Shown: positions 26,391 through 36,969 of the stretch, one piece after another
Layout of the letters: each line of letters begins with the position of its first letter
Numbering within the stretch: position 1 is the first letter of the stretch
Assembly: GCA_965207885.1 (NCBI GenBank)
Contig: OZ242311.1
Span: forward strand, 2,368,001-2,432,000
Length of the DNA stretch: 64,000 nt
Source of the DNA: Candidatus Latescibacterota bacterium
GTDB taxonomy: Bacteria; Latescibacterota; UBA2968
Direction of reading: 5' to 3'
The notes under the pieces: model-generated
What the model was told of the DNA's origin: nothing
Database searches by the model: none
Seen by the model: only the letters and a program-made list of their open reading frames with translations
Position numbers and translations under genes: made by a program

Positions 26391-28406
26391 TTAGTCTGCG
26401 TGGATATGGTGGCCGCTACCGGGGAACCAGATCGCATCCACGAGAATTGTCAGGGCGACTCCCAGCGCCCAGCCGACCAGGATGCCGATAAAAAACGGTC
26501 TGGACCGCCTGTAGAGCGCCGCGTCTCCGATCTTCATAAAGATCCATTTAAACGCCCAGGCCAGAAAGATGGAAAAGGTCATTCGGTAGCTGAAGTAGGT
26601 AGATGAAATCGCAAATCCAATCGGATGGATCGGCCAGCCCGGAAACCGGTACCGGAGGAACGTCATGACTGCCATAACCCCGGCGCCGATCCAGAAGAAC
26701 TGCAGCTTCTCCCAATCGGTCGGAAATGGCGATTGCATGTACACGACTACGTCGTTGAGGACCTTCGGCGCAGCGGAATTGATCTTCCAGGAGTTAAAGT
26801 TGTAGGCTCCGTGGGCATATCCCAGGTAAAGGGTTCCCCACACCGAGCAGAGCAGAGAAACAAATAGTGCCAGACCGGTGCAGACCAGAATTCCCTTGCG
26901 GGAACGTGCGGCCACATCCGCCACCTTCCCCACATGTGTCAGCACCGGCATGAACAGCCCCGTCCCACGGGCCACTAAAGAGTATGTGAAGGCCAGGGCA
27001 GTCAGGCTGGCCCCCGAGGTTGTCTCGGTCCCCAGTACATACAGCGTGGAATACTGCGCCGTCATGGGTGCTCGCACATAAGCCAGACCGGTCTCGACCA
27101 CGATTCTCGACACTCCAATGTATATGACGAGAGTAGAAACCGTCAACACCAGGGCCATCTTGTAGCTCATCCCTGCGCTGTGCAGCCATAAGAGAATGAA
27201 TACTATACCCAGGATAAATCCAAAAACGGCGGTCCGATAGGACATCATCTCGTCGCTGTCCTCGGTGAGTTGTGCATATCCGAAGGCACTGCGCACCATA
27301 TTCCTCAGGTGGTGCCGCGCCGTCCACAGCACCCAGAACACCATACACCAGAATGCCCCCCAGCACTGCCAGCCGGTGGCCGCACTGTAGGACGACCAGT
27401 ACGCTCCTTCCCCAGCGCTGTAGCCGATGCGGTTGAAGATGGAGGCCTCGACAATAAAGATCAGAAAGAAGAACCAGATGCTGAACAGGACCTCTAAGTT
27501 CGCAAAAAAACCGAACGCCATCGCAAAAAAGTGGATGTTCAGGTTTATACCTGGCGCCCCCGGGTAAAGAACGACGTTTCCCCCACCCAGGGGAATGGGC
27601 GGGAGGCCCGGGACGAGATAGGTCAGGATGTTCCAGCAGACGATCCCGAACGGAATCACTGCCCCGGCCCAGAACAGCTTTCCACGCATAAATTCCGGCT
27701 TGAAGCCAACTGCCCCAGATTTTGTCGCCATCTCGATTCCGACACTCACCAGGGGGTAGCCCAGCTTCTCGTGATGGATCCACTGCCTTCTCAATGCCAC
27801 CACGATGCACGCCGAAACCAGCGTTACCGCCGCGATGAAACAGACCCACCAAAATAGGGGGACCACCCACATTTCCCAGGGAATACGTTCCCCTGTTGGC
27901 AAACCCTCGAAAAACCACGTCATGGCGCCGGTGTGGTCAGATGGGGCCAGCCAGTCAGAGATGTAGTTGTGAAAATATGGCTCCCACCGGTTCTCTGGCG
28001 AGGCAAAGTAGTACGGAGAGGAAATGATCGCCAGCCAAAAGCCCGTCAGTTGCCATGTCGGCAACACGCTTCCGGCCATCACCATCGCCAGGATGATCAG
28101 CAGTTCGAAGGGCGAAAGCGGGCGCACAAAACCCAGACGACCCAGAACGACGTTCAAAATAACCAGGACCAGGAAGCACAGAAAGGCAATCAAAGGAAAA
28201 TGACTCAGGTTGAGATACGAGGAGCGAATCACGTACTCATCATAGGTCAGAAACAGACTGGCGAAGGCCGCGAAGAGAACGCCCAGAATCACCGATCTGG
28301 TTGTAATTCCCTCCTTCTTCGTGGGTGAGGACAGGTGTGCCTCATCTACGGCAGTCGATTCAATCGTCGCCCTGGGGGGAATAAAAACTGGTTCTCGGCT
28401 ATCCAT
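26391..28406 (-). CDS. polytopic membrane protein, DUF6785/DUF6784-type putative peptide (OPT-like) transporter
   Basis: Many TMs; RRQWIHHEKLGYPL, WPIHPIGF, RPFFIGILVG. Confidence 0.7.
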   Translation of the reverse strand: MDSREPVFIPPRATIESTAVDEAHLSSPTKKEGITTRSVILGVLFAAFASLFLTYDEYVIRSSYLNLSHFPLIAFLCFLVLVILNVVLGRLGFVRPLSPFELLIILAMVMAGSVLPTWQLTGFWLAIISSPYYFASPENRWEPYFHNYISDWLAPSDHTGAMTWFFEGLPTGERIPWEMWVVPLFWWVCFIAAVTLVSACIVVALRRQWIHHEKLGYPLVSVGIEMATKSGAVGFKPEFMRGKLFWAGAVIPFGIVCWNILTYLVPGLPPIPLGGGNVVLYPGAPGINLNIHFFAMAFGFFANLEVLFSIWFFFLIFIVEASIFNRIGYSAGEGAYWSSYSAATGWQCWGAFWCMVFWVLWTARHHLRNMVRSAFGYAQLTEDSDEMMSYRTAVFGFILGIVFILLWLHSAGMSYKMALVLTVSTLVIYIGVSRIVVETGLAYVRAPMTAQYSTLYVLGTETTSGASLTALAFTYSLVARGTGLFMPVLTHVGKVADVAARSRKGILVCTGLALFVSLLCSVWGTLYLGYAHGAYNFNSWKINSAAPKVLNDVVVYMQSPFPTDWEKLQFFWIGAGVMAVMTFLRYRFPGWPIHPIGFAISSTYFSYRMTFSIFLAWAFKWIFMKIGDAALYRRSRPFFIGILVGWALGVALTILVDAIWFPGSGHHIHAD

Positions 28407-28455
28407 AACCTATCTGCCCTAATGTCCATTTTTTTTTATCGTGGGCGGTAATAAC

Positions 28456-29115
28456 TCAAACGATAAACTTCAACTCGCTCTCTTTTCCAGCATCCACCTT
28501 AGCAGAGTGTTCCTCAAAATTCAACATATCGAGCAGGCTTACCCCTTCTTCCATCTTTGTGAGCAACAGCCCTTCCTTTTTCTGGATATCCTCGGCAATC
28601 GGAATAGCCTCCGACAATTCAGCGGTGGTTGCCACAACAACACCATCGTCGTCGCCAAAAAGAATATCACCCGGATGCACGATCACGCCTCCACACGAGA
28701 TTGGAATTTGTGTCTCGAATATCTTAGAAGTGGTACCGGCAACGGGATAGATTGAACGGGCATAATACGGAATAGGTAAGGTGCGTATCTTTGCCGTATC
28801 CCGGCAGGGACCGTCGATGACGACGCCAGCCAGTTGCTTGCGCAGGGCCTCAGTTGGAAACAATTCGCCCGTCAGTGCCCTGCGACTGCCCTGGGAATCG
28901 ATGACAAGAACCTCATCCTGCTCGGCGTCACTCAGCGCTTTGATGACCGTAAGAAAGTCTTCGTGGCAGGTCACGGTGTGTGCACGCCCGATGAGCTTGA
29001 GGCCAGTGTTGATTGGACGAATGGCAGGATCGACAGCCCTGAGATCCTTGTTGGCATCACATATGCACGCGGTATCGAGAAGGGACAGACGCCGCTTGAT
29101 CTCTTCAAAATCCAT
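28456..29115 (-). CDS. RraA family / HMG aldolase-like protein
   Basis: GEL, VIDGPCRD, PGDILFGDDDGVV. Confidence 0.88.
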   Translation of the reverse strand: MDFEEIKRRLSLLDTACICDANKDLRAVDPAIRPINTGLKLIGRAHTVTCHEDFLTVIKALSDAEQDEVLVIDSQGSRRALTGELFPTEALRKQLAGVVIDGPCRDTAKIRTLPIPYYARSIYPVAGTTSKIFETQIPISCGGVIVHPGDILFGDDDGVVVATTAELSEAIPIAEDIQKKEGLLLTKMEEGVSLLDMLNFEEHSAKVDAGKESELKFIV

Positions 29116-29144
29116 CAAATTGACCTCCTATTTTATTTTTTTCT

Positions 29145-30038
29145 TTAATTGTCTTCCCATAGATCAAGACCTAATAGTGTTCGTCCCAGGGGAGACAATT
29201 TTGCTGTCAGGCCAAGTTCGTGTTCCTTTTCTTTCCGGAGTTCCCAGCGCTTACCGGTTACTTCGATAACCAGACCCGCCAGGCGATCTCGCCAGGCCTC
29301 AATCCGATGGTCCCGCGCTTCTTCATCTTCTTCTTGAGCGGGATACATAGTGATGTATTGCGCTACTCTCGGAAGATCGGCCGTATTTGGACTGCTTCCA
29401 TGAGGCAACGCACTGTGCCAGATAATGAGATCTCCCGCCCTGCCTGGAATTGACCGCACGCCCAGGCTTTCGATATCCTGCTGCCGGGGGTCGGCATCCG
29501 GCGGCAGGTCCTTCAGCCACGCCTTGATCTTTCGGTGAAAGCCGGGCACACAGGAGAACGCCCCCTGGTTGGGGGCAGTATCCGTTAGATAGAGCACACC
29601 CTGTACCCAAAATTCGATCGGCAAATCCAACGATGTATCCCAATGGAATTTGCCGGAGTATTTCCAGTCGTCCCGTTCCGGTGGATTCATACTGGCTCTA
29701 TCGATGCTAACCCACAGCTTCTTCGTCCCAAAAATCTCGGCGAACGCCCGATAGACGCGGGGATACTGGCGGTTGTTCCAGAGGGTCTGATCCTGGTACA
29801 TTTCGACCATAATACTCGCACGGGGAGGATTCGGGTACCAGCTTTCTGGATGATCGGGACTCATCCTCAGAAAATCCCAGACTTTTTGTTCGGCTGCTTT
29901 GACCTGATCTGGGGGAACGGCATTGGGAATAACAACATAACCGTTCTCTTCCCAAAAGGTTCGGTCTCCTGTGCTTAAGACGGACATTCCCTCAATCTCC
30001 TTCGCTTTGGCGGCCGACGACTCTTCCGCCACAACCAT
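29145..30038 (-). CDS. phytanoyl-CoA dioxygenase (PhyH) family Fe/2OG dioxygenase
   Basis: ENGYVVIPNAV, HWD, VPGFH, AGDLIIWHSALPHG...N...R. Confidence 0.88.
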   Translation of the reverse strand: MVVAEESSAAKAKEIEGMSVLSTGDRTFWEENGYVVIPNAVPPDQVKAAEQKVWDFLRMSPDHPESWYPNPPRASIMVEMYQDQTLWNNRQYPRVYRAFAEIFGTKKLWVSIDRASMNPPERDDWKYSGKFHWDTSLDLPIEFWVQGVLYLTDTAPNQGAFSCVPGFHRKIKAWLKDLPPDADPRQQDIESLGVRSIPGRAGDLIIWHSALPHGSSPNTADLPRVAQYITMYPAQEEDEEARDHRIEAWRDRLAGLVIEVTGKRWELRKEKEHELGLTAKLSPLGRTLLGLDLWEDN

Positions 30039-31411
30039 CAAGCATCTGCAAATTCATACAGAAGCGCAACCGCCGACTTTTCGCATGCCCGCAGGCCCTC
30101 CACTTCGAAATACTCGTTAGGGGCGTGCAATAACCAGCCGTGACCGAGTCCCGACATCACAAAGGGCAGGTTCAACGGGGGCTCGCTGAACAACACCTGC
30201 GGAGCCGTTCCAGGTAATATAGGCACAACTCCAGGCTCGGCGTCTAATCTTCTGAGGGCTCTGACAGCGGCTTGCGCGATATGCTCTTTCGGCGATGTCC
30301 TGGCCGGATCGTATCCGGTCACAAATCTCAGTTCGATGTCGCCATACCCATGCCGGTCCAGGTGGGCGCGTACCTTGTCCAAAATCTCCTGGACAGTCAT
30401 ATCCGGCACCAGCCGGATGTCTATCTTGCACATCGCCGAAGCAGGCACAATCGCCTTGGGGCCGGGCCCAGTGTAGCCGGACAGAAAGCCGTCGATATTC
30501 AGGCCAGGCGCAAAAATCGCTTCTCTGACAAGATCCAGGCCATCAAGCCCTTCACGGAATTCCGTAATACCGTACATCTCCTTGAAGGCGCGGGGCCCCC
30601 AGATATCGATCAGATCGGTGAGCATGCGCTCATCACCCTCAGTGGGAGGCCGTACATTCTCATAAAAACCATCAATCACAATTCGATCGTCGGCCCCGCG
30701 CATAGAATTAAGTGCCCAGATGAGCCGCCACACCGGGCTATTGACCACAGGCCCGACCATGGAATGCGCATCAGTCGGCAGTGTTTTGACCGCCAGTTCA
30801 AAGTAGGCAATGCCTTTGAAACCCAGACTTACCTGCGGATGGCCTTTAACGGTCTCCAATGGGAGATGGTAGTACATCGCATCGGCCGTCTTCAACTCAT
30901 CTGTGTACTGCTCAATAAACTGAGGCAGGTGCCGACTGCCCAATTCCTCCTCACCGTCTATGAGAAAAATGAGGTTGACGGGCACATCACCCGTAACAGC
31001 CTGAATGGAATGGACGGCGTGAATAAAAGCCATCAGCGGTCCCTTGGTGTTTATAGCACCTCGGGCAATGATACGGCCATCCACAATCCTGGCCTCAAAG
31101 GGCGGCGAATCCCAGGCCTCCAGCGGATCTACCGGTTGGACGTCATACATGCCATAGACCAGAAGGGTGCGATCGCTGTTGCTGGACATCAAATGGCCGT
31201 ACACGACGGGATGACCGCCTTTCAGAGGGACCAGCCTCGCGTCTGCACCCAGGTCTCGCAGCATCTCTGCGGTCATTTCGGCACACTTCTGTATCCCCAA
31301 ATTCTCCGTTGAGATGCTGGGTTGGCGAAGATAGCGTTGCGTAGCTGCCAGATGATCGTCGAAATGTTGATCAACATATTCGAAAATCTGTTGAAGTATA
31401 TCCTCTGCCAT
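30038..31411 (-). CDS. M20 family metallopeptidase/amidohydrolase
   Basis: YGMYDVQP, RGAINTKG, GEEELGS, HAPNE. Confidence 0.88.
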   Translation of the reverse strand: MAEDILQQIFEYVDQHFDDHLAATQRYLRQPSISTENLGIQKCAEMTAEMLRDLGADARLVPLKGGHPVVYGHLMSSNSDRTLLVYGMYDVQPVDPLEAWDSPPFEARIVDGRIIARGAINTKGPLMAFIHAVHSIQAVTGDVPVNLIFLIDGEEELGSRHLPQFIEQYTDELKTADAMYYHLPLETVKGHPQVSLGFKGIAYFELAVKTLPTDAHSMVGPVVNSPVWRLIWALNSMRGADDRIVIDGFYENVRPPTEGDERMLTDLIDIWGPRAFKEMYGITEFREGLDGLDLVREAIFAPGLNIDGFLSGYTGPGPKAIVPASAMCKIDIRLVPDMTVQEILDKVRAHLDRHGYGDIELRFVTGYDPARTSPKEHIAQAAVRALRRLDAEPGVVPILPGTAPQVLFSEPPLNLPFVMSGLGHGWLLHAPNEYFEVEGLRACEKSAVALLYEFADA

Positions 31412-31428
31412 TTTTAACGCCCTCTTGA

Positions 31429-32262
31429 TCAAACCTGCGGATACATCTTGTCCTCTAACGCATGCTCTGTCGGCAAGTAATCGCATGTCCCTCGGCCGCC
31501 ATCCACCAGGATAACCTCGCCGGTGATAAAGCGCGCAGATGGGGACGCCAAAAATACAACGATTCCGGCGACATCCTCCGGCTCTCCGATGTGCCCGAGG
31601 GCAACGCGCTCGGCCTGTGCCTTTTCAGCGCCGGGCGTGAGCGCATCGCCCCAAATGTCGGTCCGAATCGCACCGGGTGCCACGGCGTTGACTGTAATCC
31701 CATACTGCCCCAGATCCCGGGCACAACACCGGGTAAAGGCCTCCATCGCACCCTTGGAGGCGCTGTAGGCGGCTCTCGCAATCCAGCCCAGGCGGGCGTT
31801 GAGCGAACTGATATTGATGATCCGTCCACCGTCCCCAACATCGACCATAACCCGAGCCGCGATTTGCGTGCAGAGAAAGCACCCCCGGGCATTCACCGCA
31901 AAAATCCGCTCCCAATCGGCATCGGTTGTATCGAGAACGGATACGGCGACATCTATACCGGCGTTGTTGACCAGAATATCGATACCGCCAAAACGTTGAA
32001 CCGCTGCATGGACCATGGCCTCCACCGCTGTGCGATCCGACACATCGGCCCGGATCGCCATAGCCTGTCCTCCATCCCGCTCAATCTCGATCACAGCACT
32101 TTCGGCCGCCTGAGCATGGGCGGCGTAGTTGACCACCACCGCCGCACCCTGGCGCGCCAGTTCTCGGGAGATCGCCCGGCCGATTCCTCGTCCCCCGCCG
32201 GTCACCACGGCAACGCGATTTTCCATACCTCGAAGAGGGGATGGTTTTGTATCGTTCTCCAT
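31429..32262 (-). CDS. SDR family oxidoreductase
   Basis: TGGGRGIG, NNAG, YSASK. Confidence 0.93.
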   Translation of the reverse strand: MENDTKPSPLRGMENRVAVVTGGGRGIGRAISRELARQGAAVVVNYAAHAQAAESAVIEIERDGGQAMAIRADVSDRTAVEAMVHAAVQRFGGIDILVNNAGIDVAVSVLDTTDADWERIFAVNARGCFLCTQIAARVMVDVGDGGRIINISSLNARLGWIARAAYSASKGAMEAFTRCCARDLGQYGITVNAVAPGAIRTDIWGDALTPGAEKAQAERVALGHIGEPEDVAGIVVFLASPSARFITGEVILVDGGRGTCDYLPTEHALEDKMYPQV

Positions 32263-32301
32263 AATTCCGGCCTCCAGGACAATTTATGAAAAATCGTCAC
32301 C

Positions 32302-33498
32302 TCAAAGTTCCGCACTCGACGCTTCCCCATAGGGCAGTGGATAGAGCGGTTTCATCTCATCGTGTCGATCCGCAATCTGTGGGATAGAGATCGGTCGATG
32401 CGCCGCCTTCGACTCGTTGACCGCGACTGCTCCGGCACATGTGCGCGCCGCTTCATAGACATTGATCTCCGACATACAATCGTTCTCGATCGAGTGGATC
32501 AAGTCCATCCAACTGAAGAACTCCACACCGCCATGCCCTACCTTCCTGACCATATCCTGGGTGATCCACTCCGGTAGTGGAACCGGCGGCACCTCAATCG
32601 GACGCATCTCGTAAGGCCCGGTATAAGGCTTGGGTCCGGCGCCGTCCTCCACCAGACATCCGTAAAGCCCCGTACTGTCCGGGGGCGCAGGCAGATACCC
32701 CGTAGATTCGATCGTGCCCTTCGTACCCCACACCGATTTTGTAATTTCCTTGTAGGGACGCCTCGCTGCCTTTGAACACTGGACCCGTGCAATCGCCCCG
32801 GAGGCCGTCCGAAACAGAGCCACATCGTGGTCGTCCACGTTCCGGCTGGGCAGATTCTTGCGATTGCCGTAGGCAAAAACCTCCGTGAAGTCCTCTCCCA
32901 GAAACCACCGGGCCGTGTCCACAGCATAGATGCCGGCTCCGGCAGACACAGATTCCTGTGCCTTCACCCCGTAGCCCATCCGGAAACCCTCTTTTTTCAT
33001 GAGTCCGCCTCCGCCCTGCTGCCGAATATCCTGTAAATATTCGCAGATCACGTAATAGATTTCCCCCACCTGGCCATCGTCGATCAACTGCTTCATCTTC
33101 ACTGACTCCGGGATCCACCGGTCCGGGCAGTCCATCTGGACCTTCAGATGCTGGCGTTCGGCCATCGTGATAATTTTCCAGAGCCGTTCCATGGACTCGT
33201 TTTCCATCGGCGTCTCAACCATCACATGCTTGCCGGCATCCAGCGCTGCCAGCACCATCTGCCCGTGGATATGACAGGGCGAACAGATACACAGAATGTC
33301 CAGGTCCGTGTCCGAAAGCAAGTCCGCGTAATGCGTGGTTGTCTTGCCTATGTCCAGTTCTTTAGCCGTGTTCTGCAGCCGCTCCTCGTTCACATCACAG
33401 ATCACAGCGCACTCGGTCTGCTCAAGGTATTCGTGGGTTAGACGAACATGGCTTCTTCCGTGACCGAGCCCGACCACACCGACCTTGTAAGTCTTCAT
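32302..33498 (-). CDS. Gfo/Idh/MocA oxidoreductase, GH109-like
   Basis: VGLGHG, ETP, GHGG, INVYEAA. Confidence 0.85.
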   Translation of the reverse strand: MKTYKVGVVGLGHGRSHVRLTHEYLEQTECAVICDVNEERLQNTAKELDIGKTTTHYADLLSDTDLDILCICSPCHIHGQMVLAALDAGKHVMVETPMENESMERLWKIITMAERQHLKVQMDCPDRWIPESVKMKQLIDDGQVGEIYYVICEYLQDIRQQGGGGLMKKEGFRMGYGVKAQESVSAGAGIYAVDTARWFLGEDFTEVFAYGNRKNLPSRNVDDHDVALFRTASGAIARVQCSKAARRPYKEITKSVWGTKGTIESTGYLPAPPDSTGLYGCLVEDGAGPKPYTGPYEMRPIEVPPVPLPEWITQDMVRKVGHGGVEFFSWMDLIHSIENDCMSEINVYEAARTCAGAVAVNESKAAHRPISIPQIADRHDEMKPLYPLPYGEASSAEL

Positions 33499-33632
33499 TT
33501 CCAGCACCCCCACCTTTAAATGAATTCCTCAAAAAAAACTGGCGTCCCTTGGATATCCGTTTAATTCAAGAATACGATCAAGGACCACCAGAAAGAAATG
33601 AGGACAGAAATACGAGAATAGTCCGCAAAATC

Positions 33633-33670
33633 AACGCCGGGGATTTGGATCTCTCCATGCCCCCGGCGTT
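33633..33670 (-). terminator. hairpin downstream of the PorV-family gene
   Basis: AACGCCGGGG...CCCCGGCGTT. Confidence 0.5.
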
Positions 33671-33691
33671 AGGCATACCATTATAGACGCC

Positions 33692-34630
33692 TCAGAACGT
33701 CCCATTCACCGTGAATCTCAAAGGTGCGTTGAAGAATTTGCTATGGGTGTAAGCGATATCTACACTGAGCGATGCGGCACCGAAAGCCCGCTTGAGCCCG
33801 GCACCGACGCTGAAATCCTCGGCGTCGTAATTCCACTTGTATCCCCCCCTCAGTGCCAGTGTATTGGCCAACCAAAGTTCAGCACCCATGTGAACGCGTC
33901 CTTCGTAATCAATCGCAAACACGTTCTCTGCTGAAAGTGTCAGGTAAGTGGGATCTCCCACCTTCCCGATCACCTCCATGGCCCCGGCGATTGTGTAAAC
34001 CACCGGCATAAAAGAGCTCTCTGCGATAACGGTGTTGTCCTGCCCGAAGTTCTTCAGGGTCATCGCCAACCGGAAAGACTGGAAACCAGTGTAGAAAAGC
34101 GTACCGACGCTGGCATCAAAAGTCGTATTCGAATCTTCGAACAGAGACTCTTGAAGGTACCTGAAGTTTGCACCGAAAGAGAGCCTATCGGTGAACTGGT
34201 AGGCATAGGCAACACCGAACGCGATGTCGTCCCCCTCTACCATCTTGCCGGTGCCCATGGGTTCGAAAATAGTCGTCTCCTCAAATGGCTTCGTCCGGAA
34301 CGACACCATGCTGACCCCGAAGACCGAAGCACCTAAACGATAAGCCACGGCACCCGAGTAGAGTTTTGAATCGGCAAACCAGCGATTGTAAGAAAAGGTA
34401 TATGCAGCCCTCTCGATGTGGGTCAGACCAGCCGGATTCCAGAAGATGCTATTGATATCGTTAGAAATGGCCATATACGCAGATCCCATCGCCGCAGGGC
34501 GAGCCGATTGGCCAATCTTCACAAAGTTGAACCCGGTCGTACCCAGTTTCTTGAAGATGGCCTCTGCATCCACGGCCAGAAACGGCCCCATTAGTGCGGC
34601 CAAAGTGGCTATCAACAGACTGCGTCTCAT
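33692..34630 (-). CDS. PorV/PorQ-family (UPF0164-like) outer-membrane beta-barrel
   Basis: Signal peptide, ARPAAMGSA, SIFWNPAGL, LALRGGY, C-terminal F. Confidence 0.8.
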   Translation of the reverse strand: MRRSLLIATLAALMGPFLAVDAEAIFKKLGTTGFNFVKIGQSARPAAMGSAYMAISNDINSIFWNPAGLTHIERAAYTFSYNRWFADSKLYSGAVAYRLGASVFGVSMVSFRTKPFEETTIFEPMGTGKMVEGDDIAFGVAYAYQFTDRLSFGANFRYLQESLFEDSNTTFDASVGTLFYTGFQSFRLAMTLKNFGQDNTVIAESSFMPVVYTIAGAMEVIGKVGDPTYLTLSAENVFAIDYEGRVHMGAELWLANTLALRGGYKWNYDAEDFSVGAGLKRAFGAASLSVDIAYTHSKFFNAPLRFTVNGTF

Positions 34631-34658
34631 TTTTATGCCTCCTTTCATGGTCGCACGG

Positions 34659-36875
34659 TTATTTGACAATCATAAAAGTCCCTGTCTTCTTCTCGCCTTC
34701 GCTCCCCGGCATCAGCGACTCCACCACGAAGAAATACTTCCCCGTCGAGACCTTCGACGCGAAATTCAGTACCACCTGATTCCAACTCGTCTCTCCCCGA
34801 ATCGGGGACCTCGTCCGCACCGGGTTATCGACTACCGCGACCAGATCTCCAGAGACGGTAAAGATCGAGATCTTGCACCTTCTGGGCACATTCACAAACC
34901 GGATCTCTTCGCTACCGCCCGGGTAGCGGTGGATGTCGTCGAGTCTGAACGGGTTGGGTACCACAATCACCGGATCCTCGAAACGGTCTTTCTTATCGGA
35001 AGCCACCACAAATGGTATGCTTTGCAGGTGCGTCCTCGTCTCGGGCGCGCCGTGTCCGCTCTCCAGGGAAGGAATCGCCATCCCTGTACCGTTCCAGTCG
35101 GTGTGCCCAGTGTCGTAGCTTCGGACGGAGTACCAATAACTGAACCCCGCGAGCGAGGAGGCATCCTTGTAGCTGTGTGTGCCAGTCGAGAGGTCCACCA
35201 GAAGCTCCCAGGGGCCCATAGACGTGAGTTCCGACCGGTAGATCCGGTAGCCAGCTACATCCCGCGCCTCGGCGGTCCCCATATAGTCGGGGTCTTCGGC
35301 GGCCTCTGCGTCGGCAGACCAGGACAGCAGGTTGTTCCCGTCCTCGTCGCTTTCCACCGTGAATCTGATGTCGGGTGGCGCGTCAGGGATATCGTAGTTG
35401 TTGGCGTAGGCAAACCGGGCCCGATCCAGGTGCTGAGCCAGTGCCCGTTCGCCGTCGGACACCTGAGCCTGGGCACCCGGCTGCCTGCTCCACCCAAAAA
35501 TGTCCACCGTTTCTCCTGAGCTTGCAAATTCGGCTCCGGTGCCGGCCACCCAGGCCACCACGACCTTAGCTTTGTCGCCGGGTCCCAGATCGTAGGGACC
35601 ATAGGTCTGGGCAAAGCCCATGTTCATAAGCTCTGTGGGATTGTCCTGGGGGTGATTTGGCGAGATGGGGCGCGTCCCCTGCCCGGTCATCTCCAGGTAG
35701 ATCTCTTCGTCGGACATAGGATGCTCCGGCGTATCGATGTCGTCCAGGCTGCGGATTTGCCACCAGAAGGGGAAGGCTGGCTGGTCGGGATTCTTCGGTG
35801 CTACATAGACCTCGTCGTCCTGGGCGAATCCGTCGGTCGGATCGGCGTCTAACAGAGCCAGCCCGATATACTGAAATGCCCGGAGCTGCCCTTCTTTGAG
35901 AAGGCCGGAGTTTCGGACATTGCCCGGGGCCTCGGCCAGCCGGGCGGGCTCTCCCGTGTCATCGGCCTGGTCAAAGGGATAGTCGCCGTCATAGACGTAC
36001 TGGATCTTTTTTCCCCTCAGATCCGCGTGGCCATCGAAATTGGGCGCTTCGCTGTACTTGAACCAGTCGTCCTGCACGCGGGTGCTCACATCCTCCCAGC
36101 CACTGGTCCAGCCCTCCCACATGTGCCCTGCCCGGGAGACTCTGGGCAGATTGAAAAATGAAAGGTAGGTATCGTTCAACTGCTTTGTTCCGGTATTCTC
36201 CAGAATGACCTCTTGAATGATGAAGTCGTCGTAGTCCGGGTAGCCCCACGCCTTGGCCTTTCGAGTCACGACAATCCCGGTTTCGGTGCCCCACTGCGTA
36301 ATCAAGATTTCCTCGGGCTGGGTGTCGTTGGGAATGTACCGATTGTAGTCGAAGTTGTGGATCTCCGTCACATCGTTGACCACCGGCGGTGCTCCCGGCC
36401 AGTAGTTGGCCGTCACTGATCCAGTCGCCGGGGAGACCGTCCGCACTCCCAGGTCTTTCTCCGGACCGGCGGAGGCATCGTAGGTCATCGGCACGATATC
36501 CTCTGTGACGATCCGGGGGTTGGACATCGACACATTGTAGAAGCCGTTCTCGTCCTTTGTCAGCACATAGATGCCCTCTCCCTGGCTGGTGTGAGTCGAA
36601 CGGTCCGCAAAGTCGATGCTCTCCTTAACTCCCCAGTAGTCTTCAAAGTCTCCCTCCAAAATGGGAGCGCCGGGGTACATCAGGCCCGCGTCCCACAGCC
36701 TCGTCCAACTCCTGGTCATGCCCTCGGTCTTACCCTGGATGCCGTTGCTGCGATAGCCCGACCAGAGCAGCCCCCGGGTCAGGTTCCGCATCGGCGCAGC
36801 CTGGGCCCAAAGGCTACACGGCAGGAACAACAGCGACAGCACCACAGGCCAGAGGCCTATTCTCACTATTCGCAT
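34659..36875 (-). CDS. secreted protein with FN3-like region and C-terminal T9SS-CTD/FlgD-like Ig domain
   Basis: Signal peptide; GYRIYRS...YWYSVRSYD; VVPNPF...ISIFTVSGDLV...WN...STGKYFFVV...TFMIVK. Confidence 0.75.
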   Translation of the reverse strand: MRIVRIGLWPVVLSLLFLPCSLWAQAAPMRNLTRGLLWSGYRSNGIQGKTEGMTRSWTRLWDAGLMYPGAPILEGDFEDYWGVKESIDFADRSTHTSQGEGIYVLTKDENGFYNVSMSNPRIVTEDIVPMTYDASAGPEKDLGVRTVSPATGSVTANYWPGAPPVVNDVTEIHNFDYNRYIPNDTQPEEILITQWGTETGIVVTRKAKAWGYPDYDDFIIQEVILENTGTKQLNDTYLSFFNLPRVSRAGHMWEGWTSGWEDVSTRVQDDWFKYSEAPNFDGHADLRGKKIQYVYDGDYPFDQADDTGEPARLAEAPGNVRNSGLLKEGQLRAFQYIGLALLDADPTDGFAQDDEVYVAPKNPDQPAFPFWWQIRSLDDIDTPEHPMSDEEIYLEMTGQGTRPISPNHPQDNPTELMNMGFAQTYGPYDLGPGDKAKVVVAWVAGTGAEFASSGETVDIFGWSRQPGAQAQVSDGERALAQHLDRARFAYANNYDIPDAPPDIRFTVESDEDGNNLLSWSADAEAAEDPDYMGTAEARDVAGYRIYRSELTSMGPWELLVDLSTGTHSYKDASSLAGFSYWYSVRSYDTGHTDWNGTGMAIPSLESGHGAPETRTHLQSIPFVVASDKKDRFEDPVIVVPNPFRLDDIHRYPGGSEEIRFVNVPRRCKISIFTVSGDLVAVVDNPVRTRSPIRGETSWNQVVLNFASKVSTGKYFFVVESLMPGSEGEKKTGTFMIVK

Positions 36876-36969
36876 CTTGAAACCTCCTTGTGATAATAAG
36901 GAGCGCCTGGGATTGAGCCACAGCCTGTGTTCAATCCCAGACCCTGAGATATAAAACAGAGTTGACCTG

